A DNA stretch of 64,000 nt, taken from assembly GCA_046498385.1 (NCBI GenBank), contig JAWOAU010000074.1, forward strand, positions 9,355 through 73,354. The letters run 5' to 3'. Position 1 is the first letter of the stretch, and each line of letters opens with the position of its first letter. Positions 23,482 to 33,054 of this stretch are shown piece by piece. This stretch comes from Thermoplasmata archaeon (GTDB lineage: Archaea; Thermoplasmatota; Thermoplasmata; Halarchaeoplasmatales; Halarchaeoplasmataceae). The notes beneath the pieces were generated by a model. That model was not told where the DNA came from and searched no databases. It was given only the letters and a program-made list of their open reading frames with translations. Both the position numbers and the translations under genes were made by a program.

Positions 23482-24122
23482 TCAGACCCCTCGCTCATGA
23501 GGGTACCGAAGGCCAGTGTACCTGTAACGTTGTTGATCCTGACCTTAACCATTTCGCCTTTAGTGGTACCGGGAACGTATATTACATATTTTCCCTTTCT
23601 TGCCATACCGTCACCTTCCCTTCCGATATCCTGTATAAGTACCTGGTAGACCTCGCCCTGCTTCAGTTCCTTGTCCTCTATGGCCTGTACCTTTTTCTTC
23701 TTTCCCCTGATCGGTCGATGTGCTCCGCAGGCGTCGCACTGAAGTATTGTTATCCGGTCCTCCTTGACCAGCCTCGTATCCGGTTTTCCACACTCGGAAC
23801 ACAGAACGTATCGATCTATGAAATTTTCAATCTTTTCTTCTATCTTCTTTGAACCTAGTTTGCCTTTGAATGTAGCCCTACCGCTTTCTTCTATCTCTCC
23901 TGCGGTTCCCAATTCCCTGAGCAGGTATTTGAGTACTCTATCGCTGTTTCTATTTATAGTATCTATTATCTCTGAGAAATTTCGGAATATGGTGGTGTTC
24001 CCTTCTACAAACGAGTCTACCGGCGGTACCTGGAATCGTTCGTGATGAGAGATATCCTCCGGTAATTTTTTTCTTGCCCGTTTCAGCAGTTCATCGTAAT
24101 CCTCAGACGGTTCTTCACACAT
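23478..24122 (-). CDS. eif2b: translation initiation factor aIF2 beta subunit with C-terminal TRAM domain
   Basis: aIF2-beta core with zinc ribbon (CSECGKPDT...CDACGA), followed by GEVYQVLIQDIGREGDGMARKGKYVIYVPGTTKGEMVKVRINNV, a TRAM-domain pattern. Confidence 0.85.
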   Translation of the reverse strand: MCEEPSEDYDELLKRARKKLPEDISHHERFQVPPVDSFVEGNTTIFRNFSEIIDTINRNSDRVLKYLLRELGTAGEIEESGRATFKGKLGSKKIEEKIENFIDRYVLCSECGKPDTRLVKEDRITILQCDACGAHRPIRGKKKKVQAIEDKELKQGEVYQVLIQDIGREGDGMARKGKYVIYVPGTTKGEMVKVRINNVTGTLAFGTLMSEGSD

Positions 24123-24206
24123 ACTCCGATGTAAGATACTGATGTTTAAATATGTGTCGGTTTTCGAGCGGGAAATCTTAATAATAGAAAAGGAAATAGT
24201 CTCCTC

Positions 24207-25178
24207 ATGACCATTGAGCTCTTGATGTGGACCTGTGCTTTAGTTGCAGGTGTAATAATATTGGTCAAGGGAGCGGACATAATGGTCGATGGAGGTGCTA
24301 GGACAGCAGTATATCTGGGTGTACCGGCCATTATCATAGGTTTGACCGTCGTATCTTTTGGTACCTCACTACCTGAACTAGCTTCAAGTTTAAATGCATT
24401 GTCCAAGGGAAAAGATGGCATCTCCGTGGGAAATGTAATTGGATCCAATATAGCTAATGTCCTTTTGGTACTCGGTGTCAGTTCAATCATCTCCCCCATA
24501 TCCGTGGATAAAAAGTTGATGAAAAGGGAACTGCCTATAGTGTTTTTAGCAATGGCATTGTTGATATTCTTCTCCACCGGAATTGGTATCTCCCCTTTGG
24601 AGGGATCAATATTAGTAATTGTATTTGCGTTATATATGGGGTATTTTATTCATACGGCGATCAAATCTGATGAAAGAAAATTAGTGCGTGAAAGGATAGT
24701 TAGAAACCAGCGTCATGGTGTTACGGATTTGTTTCCAAAACGAGATATTACAAAGATAATAGTAGGTATATGTGGAATAATAATTGGTTCGGAATTGATG
24801 ATTCGCGGGGGGATTTTCTACGCGGGACACTTCAACCTGTCCGAGGGCTTGATTGGACTCTCCATTATCGCTATTGGCACCTCTTTACCCGAGCTTGCAG
24901 CTTCCGGGATGGCAGCCTATAAAAATGAGCCCAGTATATCGGTTGGAAATGTCATCGGTTCAAACATTTTCAATATTCTGTTGGTACTGGGGGTATGTGC
25001 ACTGATAACCCCCCTTACTTTTTCTTATGAACTGTACATAAGCGTATTGATAATGATTTTTGTTACCGTTATCATCGTGTTTTTCTCCTTTACCGGCAGG
25101 GTGTTATCAAGGTTCCAGGGAGGCCTCATGGTGCTGGGATACGGACTGTATATGGTCTATCTCTGTATCCCTTTTTAA
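24207..25178 (+). CDS. Ca2+/cation antiporter (CaCA family, YrbG-like)
   Basis: Two alpha-repeats (GTSLPELASS...GNVIGSNI and GTSLPELAAS...GNVIGSNIFN) in a 10-TM-like protein. Confidence 0.85.
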   Translation: MTIELLMWTCALVAGVIILVKGADIMVDGGARTAVYLGVPAIIIGLTVVSFGTSLPELASSLNALSKGKDGISVGNVIGSNIANVLLVLGVSSIISPISVDKKLMKRELPIVFLAMALLIFFSTGIGISPLEGSILVIVFALYMGYFIHTAIKSDERKLVRERIVRNQRHGVTDLFPKRDITKIIVGICGIIIGSELMIRGGIFYAGHFNLSEGLIGLSIIAIGTSLPELAASGMAAYKNEPSISVGNVIGSNIFNILLVLGVCALITPLTFSYELYISVLIMIFVTVIIVFFSFTGRVLSRFQGGLMVLGYGLYMVYLCIPF

Positions 25179-25738
25179 CACGCGGGAGTTTCTGACTCTA
25201 TGAGTAACAATGCTGTTGTATTTTTCCTCTTTTTTCCGTATCCTCACAACCCTTTACACGGCTCAATGAATAAGACGTATACTCTTCAACCTCGTTCTTG
25301 GCGATAAGTCCGTAATATAGGGGCACCGCCACGGATACAAGGCATGGAGCACTAGAAGGGAGATGACGATGATGATAAATAGTGCGAGCAACGCCGAAAC
25401 TAACACGAGTAATATGTAGTTGTAGAATAAATGTATTGCGGCAATACATAATAAGGCCGCTAGAACTAAAATTAGGGAATTCGCTCTAGATATTTTTTCA
25501 TCCGGCGTTGTATACATGTATCTCAAAACTTGAAGTTAAGTCCCTTCGTATTCACATTCAGATCGCTGTTTGAGTTATTACTGCTTTCTCTTTATCTAGG
25601 TAAGTAGGGTATCAAAACACTCGCAAAGGTTCTAGCGGTCATAGATTGCAGCATTATCTTTCCAGAGCCCTTTAGATGTTTTAAAATTGCCTAGAATACA
25701 TACGAAAAATTGATTACCTTTTCCACTATGTTATTAGC

Positions 25739-26275
25739 ATGACCATAACGACTTCCAAACCTGATCATATAGAGAAAGAGCATAAAATGCGGAAGCTTAA
25801 GATATGGCGGGATGTTGTAGGCCTTTCGATCATTGCAGCCTTTATAATCCTTGTATTTTTTTATGAAATGGATCTTTGGGTCAGAACCGCACTAGTCCTT
25901 TTAGGGGCGGTATATTTGATATATACCATGACCAAATTGAAAAATTCTATGAAGCAGTATTACTCCTTGCACGATGACCTTGTGGTAAAAAACGGACACA
26001 TAACAAAAGTCAATTCCAAGATCGGGCGAAAGGTATGGAAGATGCCTCTGGAACATGTTGTAAAAGTATGCCCTAACATAAAAGGTATGCCGAACACTCT
26101 TTATGTTTTGTTTGAAAGAGATGGTAAAAAGGGTGCGGAGAATTTTTATAAACATCGGATAAAAAATCCCGAAGACGTTGAAAAATTGCTGGAAGAAAGG
26201 GGTTTATTGGAGGAAAAATACATTTCGGTAGATGATTTGAAGCGCTCTATAGAGTCGAATATAGAAGAAACATAA
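25739..26275 (+). CDS. hypothetical membrane protein (two TM helices plus soluble C-terminal domain)
   Basis: 178-aa ORF with a hydrophobic hairpin at residues ~25-65. I recognise no family. The region is A+T-rich by eye. Confidence 0.5.
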   Translation: MTITTSKPDHIEKEHKMRKLKIWRDVVGLSIIAAFIILVFFYEMDLWVRTALVLLGAVYLIYTMTKLKNSMKQYYSLHDDLVVKNGHITKVNSKIGRKVWKMPLEHVVKVCPNIKGMPNTLYVLFERDGKKGAENFYKHRIKNPEDVEKLLEERGLLEEKYISVDDLKRSIESNIEET

Positions 26276-26356
26276 CAAAAATCTTAAATATTTTTGAATT
26301 ATCGCACCACATGCATGAACCCGGCGGCGGATTATCTATCGAAAAAAATATACAAA

Positions 26357-26367
26357 TTTTATAAAAA
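26357..26367 (+). promoter_or_regulatory. TATA-box candidate for the mbh operon
   Basis: ttttataaaaa lies about 50 nt upstream of the mbhA ATG (26416). A GGAG SD-like element sits at 26404-26407. Confidence 0.45.
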
Positions 26368-26378
26368 GTTACCTCTCT

Positions 26379-26390
26379 ACCCGTACGGGT
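26379..26390. promoter_or_regulatory. perfect 12-bp palindrome, operator candidate
   Basis: ACCCGTACGGGT is self-complementary. It lies ~20 nt downstream of the TATA candidate, at the expected transcription start. Confidence 0.35.
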
Positions 26391-26415
26391 TGATTCTAAA
26401 AACGGAGAAATAATT

Positions 26416-26937
26416 ATGAAAAAATCCAAAGCATTCACCTCAACGTTCTTGTTCGCACTGTTTGTGTACCTATTCCTGACCCTTGCGGCCGGCCGGTCCA
26501 TGGTGGAGGGAACTATTCTTTGGAGTCTAGAAGAGTTGATACTAGGGATATCCATCGCTTTGATAGTCGGTGTTGTAGCTAGTGATATCCTATGTCGCTC
26601 GGGTAGCTACAGGATGTTGAATCCGGTGAGATGGGTTATAATGCTCTTGTACTGCATTCCTTTGTTCATTGAAATGATCAAGGCCAACTTTGATGTGGCC
26701 TACCGGGTGATAACCGGTAAGATAGAGCCAGGTATAGTTAGGATCAAACCGAACTTGAAAACGGACTTGGGTATAACCGTCCTTGCAAACTCCATCACAC
26801 TTACACCAGGCACGTTAACTGTTGATGTTGACGATGAGAATGGGGACCTTTACATACACTGGATCAAGGTGGGCAAAAGTCCCACAAAGAGTATCGCCGG
26901 AAAGTTCATACCATGGATAAGGAGGTTTGCGGAATGA
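26416..26937 (+). CDS. mbhA: Mbh subunit A (MrpE/MnhE-like)
   Basis: ANFDVAYRVITGKIEPGIVRI and ITLTPGTLTVDV are MnhE hallmarks. First gene of the 14-gene cluster. Confidence 0.85.
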   Translation: MKKSKAFTSTFLFALFVYLFLTLAAGRSMVEGTILWSLEELILGISIALIVGVVASDILCRSGSYRMLNPVRWVIMLLYCIPLFIEMIKANFDVAYRVITGKIEPGIVRIKPNLKTDLGITVLANSITLTPGTLTVDVDDENGDLYIHWIKVGKSPTKSIAGKFIPWIRRFAE

Positions 26938-27203
26938 ATCTATCATTTGAGTTTTATTTGGTGGTAGGCGTCTTTATCCTTTACATATTGATATCCATAA
27001 TGAGGATATTCTTAGGCCCCACAGCTGCGGATAGAACAGTCGCCCTTGATACCATAAATACTCTGGTTGTGGCCAGCATGGTGGGACTAGGTGCCGCTAC
27101 CTGGGAAACACTTTTCATTGACATAGCCATCGTCTACGCGATACTTTCTTTCGTAACAACTCTTTACATAGCCAAATACCTAGAAGGGGTGAATAACGAA
27201 TGA
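26934..27203 (+). CDS. mbhB: Mbh subunit B (MrpF/MnhF-like)
   Basis: GPTAADRTVALDTINTLVV is an MnhF hallmark. AGGAGGT SD precedes ATG 26934, which overlaps the mbhA stop (ATGA). Confidence 0.85.
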   Translation: MNLSFEFYLVVGVFILYILISIMRIFLGPTAADRTVALDTINTLVVASMVGLGAATWETLFIDIAIVYAILSFVTTLYIAKYLEGVNNE

Positions 27204-27562
27204 TTGTCATAACTATTCTTTACATATTGTTAATAGTCTCCCTGGTTTTCAACGGCTTGGGAGTGATAGGCCTGCACAGATTCCCAGATGTTTACACTCG
27301 ACTGCACGCGGCTACGAAGTGCACCACCTTTGGTACCATCTTCATGACCTTTGCAGTAATGGCTTACAGTATATACATGTATTTACAGAATTCAGGTTCG
27401 GACCAGTATTTGAACATGGCCCTACACACGCTGGCCGCCTTGGTTGCCATACTTGTTACCAACCCCACCGGCGCCCACGCAATTGCTAGGGCGGCCCACC
27501 GGATCGGAATCAAGCCTAGATTTGCATCAGTCGATCATCTGGAAAAAAGGAGGGGAAAATAG
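27200..27562 (+). CDS. mbhC: Mbh subunit C (MrpG/MnhG-like)
   Basis: HRFPDVYTRLHAATKCTTFG is an MnhG hallmark. ATGA overlap with mbhB. Confidence 0.85.
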   Translation: MIVITILYILLIVSLVFNGLGVIGLHRFPDVYTRLHAATKCTTFGTIFMTFAVMAYSIYMYLQNSGSDQYLNMALHTLAALVAILVTNPTGAHAIARAAHRIGIKPRFASVDHLEKRRGK

Positions 27563-27814
27563 ATGATATACCACATACTTCAGTTACTGGTCCTCATCGG
27601 TTTGGTCATCACATCCGTAGCGGTTATATGGTTCAAGGACCTCATATCCGCAGCTATTGCTTTAGGTGCGTCTAGTTTAATACTTTCACTGCAGTTCTAT
27701 CTGCTCCGAGCGCCGGATGTAGCAATTGCGGAAGCAGCGGTAGGTGCCGCACTCACCACCGCTATATTCATATTCGCAATCAAGGCGAGCCATCGAGAGG
27801 AGGGATTTAAATGA
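27563..27814 (+). CDS. mbhD: Mbh small membrane subunit D
   Basis: 83 aa. APDVAIAEAAVGAALTT resembles the MrpA C-terminal/MbhD-type motif. The position matches mbhD. Confidence 0.75.
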   Translation: MIYHILQLLVLIGLVITSVAVIWFKDLISAAIALGASSLILSLQFYLLRAPDVAIAEAAVGAALTTAIFIFAIKASHREEGFK

Positions 27815-28110
27815 GAAAGGTTTTCGCACTGTTGGCGATATTGGTGGTATTTTCCTTCATGATACTAGCTGTTGTTGAACTAAGAGGTGAGGATGGAGGA
27901 TTCGGCGAGCCCATGGAAACGAAGATGGACGAATACTTCCTAGAAGACAGTCAATCTCATAACCAAGTTAACAATGTGGCAACCGCTATTCTTTTTGATT
28001 ACAGGGGCCTCGATACCTTAGGTGAGGCGACGGTGTTGTTCGCGGCGGTATCTGGAGTACTCACCGTCCTTCGAAAATTTAAACCGGTAAAGCGTGGTGG
28101 TAAAAAATGA
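27811..28110 (+). CDS. mbhE: Mbh small membrane subunit E
   Basis: 99 aa. FDYRGLDTLGEATVLFAA is an MnhB-related motif. ATGA overlap with mbhD. Confidence 0.75.
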   Translation: MRKVFALLAILVVFSFMILAVVELRGEDGGFGEPMETKMDEYFLEDSQSHNQVNNVATAILFDYRGLDTLGEATVLFAAVSGVLTVLRKFKPVKRGGKK

Positions 28111-28574
28111 ACTGGGAGATGTCAAAAATAGTTCGCACCATCACTGATATAATGGTGGTACCTATAATCGTATTCGGTATCTATCTGATAGTACACGGTC
28201 ATCTCACCCCTGGAGGCGGGTTCCAGGGTGGCGCGGTCATCGCATCCTCCACAGCGTTATTGATAATCGCTTATGGTTCTTTCCGGGACTACAAAGAAGA
28301 CTTTTCGTCCTTGGAATCCGTAGGGCTAACGCTTTTTATTATTTTAGCGATACTCGGACTACTGTTGAGCACCACCATGTTCTATAACTTCGCCGCCGGT
28401 ATGGGAGGTATATTCGGCGGTACGGTTTCTCAAGGAATAAACCCGGGATACATAAACACCGGTGGTACGGTACCGTTGATGAACATCATGGTCGGCCTGG
28501 AGGTCGCCGCCGCGCTGAGCTTGATACTTTGGATGATGGCCAAGAACAGTGATTCCATGGAGGTGGAAATATGA
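28107..28574 (+). CDS. mbhF: Mbh subunit F (MrpB/MnhB-like)
   Basis: GHLTPGGGFQGGAV is an MnhB hallmark. ATGA overlap with mbhE. Confidence 0.8.
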   Translation: MNWEMSKIVRTITDIMVVPIIVFGIYLIVHGHLTPGGGFQGGAVIASSTALLIIAYGSFRDYKEDFSSLESVGLTLFIILAILGLLLSTTMFYNFAAGMGGIFGGTVSQGINPGYINTGGTVPLMNIMVGLEVAAALSLILWMMAKNSDSMEVEI

Positions 28575-28924
28575 ATCAATGGTTTACAGTTCTGCCCCTG
28601 ATAATGGTCGCTATACTCGTGTCCGTAGGGCTTTATACAGTCCTTTTTAAAAGAAATCTTATCAAGATGATCATGGGTGTTGCAATAATACAGAACGGTG
28701 TGAATTTGTTCTTAGTTTCTCTGGCCTACCGTGACGGCTATGCGGCACCGATATGGACCAGCGTTCCCGATGCTGATATGGTCCTTCCCACACCCCATGC
28801 CCTTACTCTGACTAGCATCGTCATCGGGGTTGCCACCACCGCACTGATGCTCTCATTTGTAATAATGCTAAAAAGGCACAACGGTACCATAGATTCCCAT
28901 GAGAATAGGAGGTGTCGCGAATGA
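28571..28924 (+). CDS. mbhG: Mbh subunit G (MrpC/NuoK-like)
   Basis: 117 aa. RNLIKMIMGVAIIQNGVNLFLV fits the MnhC/NuoK pattern. ATGA overlap with mbhF. Confidence 0.8.
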   Translation: MNQWFTVLPLIMVAILVSVGLYTVLFKRNLIKMIMGVAIIQNGVNLFLVSLAYRDGYAAPIWTSVPDADMVLPTPHALTLTSIVIGVATTALMLSFVIMLKRHNGTIDSHENRRCRE

Positions 28925-30441
28925 GTCTGGATTTAGTTGATGCTTCTCCGGCACTTGTACTTGCCATCCCACTGCTGTTCGCGTTTCTAGCTCCTCTGGC
29001 TAACAGGATATCTAAGGAATTAAGAGATGCGGCATTCATTATCGGGTTGCTCCTCACCATTTTGTTCGTTGCCTTTATGTCCTACGAGGTATTCAGTAAT
29101 CAGGCGTGGACATACGTATTTGGTGGAGAGGAATCCGGGATCGTAAGGCATTCTTCCTATTTCAGGATAATGTTCGAGGCGGATGGCTATTCCGCACTGG
29201 CCGCCATCACCATCGCCGTTACCGCCCTGGGTGCGGGCATATACTCCTTTGCCTTCATGGAAGGGCATTCGGGTATGGAAAAGTTCTATGCACTGTTCTT
29301 ACTGACCCTTGCAGGGGTGAATGGCATGGTATTGACGGCAGACATGTTCAACTTATTCGTCTGGTTCGAGGTAACTTCCATAGCATCCTGCGGCCTGGTA
29401 GCCTTTATCAATTACAGAGGCAAAAGTATAGAAGCCGCTTTGAAGTACATGTTCCTCAGTGTGATAGGGGGTCTTTTACTCTTGTTTGCCATAGGTCTGA
29501 TTTATGGAGAATACGGCGTACTCAATTTCCACCTTATCGCAAATGATGTTACCGGAAGCATAGTAGATCGGATAGCATTGGGAATGATTGTTGTTGTTTT
29601 CGCAATGAAGGCCAGTAGTGTACCTATGCACATGTGGGCCCCGGATGTTTATACCGAATCGCCGGGTTCGGTGACTCCTTTCATAGCAGTAACCTCGATG
29701 GGTTCGCTGTTTGTTTTGTTTAGATTACTCTTCGGGGTATTTCGTTACTCGGTGGATGTGGCTGTTATGGGCGGTCTTTTGATAATACTCGGACTGCTGT
29801 CCATGTTCGTCGGTGTATCCATGGCCCTGAAACAGAGTGACGTAAAGAGGTTGATAGCTTATCTCTCGGTATCCCAGATCGGTTATATGCTCCTGGCAGT
29901 GGGAGTTGGATTCGCAACTTTGGATACGGGAGATTATACATCATTTGGCGCCATGGCCATCGAAGGCGGCTTATTTCATATGATCAACGATGGGGTCTAT
30001 AAAGCCCTTCTATTCCTATCTGCAGTTGCAGTTGTATATGCCACAGGCACCAGCGATCTTAACAAACTCGGCGGCCTGGCACATCGTATGCCGTACACTA
30101 CGTTGTTCTTCTTGATTGGCGGTCTGTCCATAGCAGGCGTACCTCCTCTTTCCGGCTTCAGCTCTAAGTTGTTGATCTATCAGTCCATATACCTTTATCA
30201 CCCAATACTTGCTATAATCGCCCTGGTGATAAGTATAATCACCCTCGCGCTTATCGGCAAGATATTCTACAACGCATTTCTGGGTCCGGACCTTGGACTT
30301 ACCAGGGGTGAGGTTCCCACCACCATGCTGCTGTCCATGGGCATTCTGACCGCGGTAGTAATCGTGTTCAGCCTGTTCCCTAATTACGTTGTGGCGGAAA
30401 TAGTGGTGCCGGCCATAGAGGGTCTGGGGGTGATACCATGA
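28921..30441 (+). CDS. mbhH: Mbh subunit H (MrpD/NuoL-M-N-like antiporter subunit)
   Basis: ~507-aa polytopic protein with proton-antiporter-like repeats. AGGAGGTG SD lies 6 nt before ATG 28921, which overlaps the mbhG stop (ATGA). Confidence 0.85.
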   Translation: MSLDLVDASPALVLAIPLLFAFLAPLANRISKELRDAAFIIGLLLTILFVAFMSYEVFSNQAWTYVFGGEESGIVRHSSYFRIMFEADGYSALAAITIAVTALGAGIYSFAFMEGHSGMEKFYALFLLTLAGVNGMVLTADMFNLFVWFEVTSIASCGLVAFINYRGKSIEAALKYMFLSVIGGLLLLFAIGLIYGEYGVLNFHLIANDVTGSIVDRIALGMIVVVFAMKASSVPMHMWAPDVYTESPGSVTPFIAVTSMGSLFVLFRLLFGVFRYSVDVAVMGGLLIILGLLSMFVGVSMALKQSDVKRLIAYLSVSQIGYMLLAVGVGFATLDTGDYTSFGAMAIEGGLFHMINDGVYKALLFLSAVAVVYATGTSDLNKLGGLAHRMPYTTLFFLIGGLSIAGVPPLSGFSSKLLIYQSIYLYHPILAIIALVISIITLALIGKIFYNAFLGPDLGLTRGEVPTTMLLSMGILTAVVIVFSLFPNYVVAEIVVPAIEGLGVIP

Positions 30442-30776
30442 TCGATATAATTTTAAAGGGCATGTGGAGCCCTATACTTTTTATCCTCGTGGTTATTTTA
30501 ACCGCATTGATTGTTTATATGTTCTATACCTTGGGCAACCCAAGTTACAAACGTACTAAGCACAAAGGGGAACCTTTTATTTCGGGCAATAAACCGCCAG
30601 GTGATGTACGCTCGATCCATGTAGGGGGAGACAACGTATTCTGGGGGTTCACCCACGCTCTAAGAAAGTATCTCGATCCACTGGTTAAAGGTCATACGGG
30701 CATAGTCAACGATTACGTATACTGGGTAGTGATCACACTAGCCTTGGTCCTTATCTATATCTATATTTTGATGTGA
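30438..30776 (+). CDS. mbhI: Mbh small membrane subunit I
   Basis: 112 aa with TM helices at both ends. Position and size match mbhI. ATGA overlap with mbhH. Confidence 0.7.
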   Translation: MIDIILKGMWSPILFILVVILTALIVYMFYTLGNPSYKRTKHKGEPFISGNKPPGDVRSIHVGGDNVFWGFTHALRKYLDPLVKGHTGIVNDYVYWVVITLALVLIYIYILM

Positions 30777-30789
30777 AGAGGTGAAAATT

Positions 30790-31233
30790 ATGAAACTCAC
30801 AAAAACCTTCGATAAAGCGCTCTGGGTCTTCCACGTGAACAGCGGCTCGTGCAACGGCTGCGATATAGAGATCGTAGCGGCACTGACCCCTCGTTACGAC
30901 GTGGAAAGGTTCGGTATCAAGCTGGTGGGCTCACCCCGTCATGCAGACGTACTTCTGTTTACAGGTCCAGTAACTCGAAAGATGAAAAACAGGGTGCTCA
31001 GGGTCTACGAACAAACACCTGATCCAAAGGTGGTTATGGTAGTAGGTAATTGCGGCAGCACAACAGGGGTGTTCTACGACAGCTATGCCATAGACGGACC
31101 TATAGATACACTTCTGCCCGATGATTCACATATATTGTATGTTGCTGGATGTCCAGTACGCCCTGAAAATATTATCAACGGAGTGAAAGAAGCTTGGTTG
31201 TATTTGGAAAAACTCAGAGGTGATGATAAATGA
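30790..31233 (+). CDS. mbhJ: Mbh subunit J ([NiFe] hydrogenase small subunit, NuoB-like)
   Basis: SCNGCDIEIVAAL...GSPRHADVLLFTGP...VGNCG...GCPVRPE provides the NuoB-type 4-Cys cluster ligands. GAGGTG SD lies 7 nt before ATG 30790. Confidence 0.9.
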   Translation: MKLTKTFDKALWVFHVNSGSCNGCDIEIVAALTPRYDVERFGIKLVGSPRHADVLLFTGPVTRKMKNRVLRVYEQTPDPKVVMVVGNCGSTTGVFYDSYAIDGPIDTLLPDDSHILYVAGCPVRPENIINGVKEAWLYLEKLRGDDK

Positions 31234-31820
31234 AGCACATAAAACTCCCTATCAGCTTGGAACAATTGGAATTATTTTTCAAACACCATCTCGAAGAGGC
31301 GGTAAGTGATTTCAAAAAGGAGGAGATCAAAAAGGGAGTTAAGCAAAAATCCATGAAATTGATTTGGTTCACGGTTGATAGAAAATCATTCCGTAAAGCC
31401 GTAAAACTGATCTCTTATGTACATATACCACACCTTTCCGTCACCTCCGGCTCCGACCGGGGCGACCACGTTGAATTGATCTATCACTTTGCCGTTAACT
31501 ACGGCCATCCTGGTGAAGAGGTGAGCGTCAATATCAAAGTTGCTCTTCCAAAGGACGACCTTACCATACCGACCATCACCGACATAGTACCCGGGGCCGT
31601 AACCACCGAACGAGAAAAGCAGGAATTTTTGGGCATAACCGTAAAAGGGATTCCCGATTCCAGGAGACTTTGGTTAGATGAGAACTTCCCCAAAAACCGA
31701 TATCCATGGAGATGGGACGAGACAGGAATGGAAAAGATGTCAAAGTACGCACATGATATGGACCAAGCGACCACTCCTCCGACCGTAAAAAATCCAAAAA
31801 GGGGTGATAAAGATGAGTGA
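31230..31820 (+). CDS. mbhK: Mbh subunit K (NuoC-like)
   Basis: 196 aa. The NuoC/HycE-N-terminal-like region and position match mbhK. ATGA overlap with mbhJ. Confidence 0.8.
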   Translation: MKHIKLPISLEQLELFFKHHLEEAVSDFKKEEIKKGVKQKSMKLIWFTVDRKSFRKAVKLISYVHIPHLSVTSGSDRGDHVELIYHFAVNYGHPGEEVSVNIKVALPKDDLTIPTITDIVPGAVTTEREKQEFLGITVKGIPDSRRLWLDENFPKNRYPWRWDETGMEKMSKYAHDMDQATTPPTVKNPKRGDKDE

Positions 31821-33054
31821 AAAAGATACCACTTACCAAGTACCTATCGGGCCAATCCACCCTGCATTAAAGGAACCTTTCATGATCAATTTTAAATTGA
31901 ACGGTGAAACAATAGTGGATGCCGATCCCCACCCGGGTATGAATCACAGGGGGATCGAATTTATGGGGATGCACAGGAACCCTCTGAAGGTAATACCACT
32001 GGCTGAGCGAATATGTGGGATATGTTCTATCGTGCATCAACATATGTTTACTACCGCGGTTGAGCATGCCGCAGATATCGAGCCCACTAACAGGGCTCGT
32101 TACATAAGGACCATAATGGCTGAACTAGAGAGGATACATTCCCATGTACTTTGGGCCGGCGTTGCCGCCCACGAGATAGGTTTCGATACGCACCTCCACT
32201 TCACCTGGAAGATAAGAGAAAAAGTCATGGATCTCCTGGAGTTCATCACGGGCAATCGAGTAAATTACTCTATGTGGACCGTCGGAGGCGTCCGTAGAGA
32301 TATCACCGAGGACATGTATCCTAAAATAGAAGATACCCTGCTCTACTATGAATCACTCTATAGCAAATTGGAGGACATATTCCTAGGAGATACCAGTATC
32401 AGGCTTAGGACAAAGAATATAGGTATTCTGTCTGAAGAGGATGCCCTGCGTTTATGCGGAGTAGGACCTACTGTTAGGGCTTCGGGTGTTAGGAAGGATG
32501 TAAGACTCGACCAGCCCTATGCCGCCTATGGTGATTTAGATCTGGATTATGTGGTTCCCTCAACATACGGTTATGAGAATACAGGGGATGTATTCTCTAA
32601 AACTTTGGTTAGGTTAAAGGAGGTAGTGCAGTCTATAGATATCATAAGAAAATGTGTCGAACAGATGCCGGATGGAGATATAAACAGTGAGTCAAATAAA
32701 GCGGTGTTGTTGAACAAGCTGAAAAAGACCGGCGGAGAGGGTATCGGCAGAATAGAAGCACCTAGAGGCGAGGCGTTCCACTATGTACGTTTAAAGGAAG
32801 GAAACGAAGAAGTCGACTGCTGGAAGGTACGGGCTTCCACCTATAACAACTTAGCAACATACGCACCAATGTTCATAGGGGAGCAGATAGCGGATATACC
32901 GATAATAGCAGCCTGTATAGACCCGTGCATAGGGTGCATGGACCGAGCCGAGATAGTGGACATAGGAACAGGTGAGCGAAAGAGCTACACCCATGAGGAA
33001 CTGCACGAATTGAGCGTTGAAAAAACAAGGAGGATACTGGGGGGTTCATTATGA
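31813..33054 (+). CDS. mbhL: Mbh subunit L ([NiFe] hydrogenase large subunit, NuoD-like)
   Basis: Both Ni-Fe ligand pairs are present: N-terminal RICGICSIVH and C-terminal DPCIGCMDR, followed by a ~35-aa tail of the kind removed by a maturation protease. Confidence 0.9.
   Translation: MSEKDTTYQVPIGPIHPALKEPFMINFKLNGETIVDADPHPGMNHRGIEFMGMHRNPLKVIPLAERICGICSIVHQHMFTTAVEHAADIEPTNRARYIRTIMAELERIHSHVLWAGVAAHEIGFDTHLHFTWKIREKVMDLLEFITGNRVNYSMWTVGGVRRDITEDMYPKIEDTLLYYESLYSKLEDIFLGDTSIRLRTKNIGILSEEDALRLCGVGPTVRASGVRKDVRLDQPYAAYGDLDLDYVVPSTYGYENTGDVFSKTLVRLKEVVQSIDIIRKCVEQMPDGDINSESNKAVLLNKLKKTGGEGIGRIEAPRGEAFHYVRLKEGNEEVDCWKVRASTYNNLATYAPMFIGEQIADIPIIAACIDPCIGCMDRAEIVDIGTGERKSYTHEELHELSVEKTRRILGGSL

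Noticed and set aside
26341-26415. Searched for a SurR-type GTTn3AAC motif upstream of mbh.
   Set aside because: Only GTT...AAC with 9-nt spacing is present and there is no proper match, so SurR-like control is not claimed.
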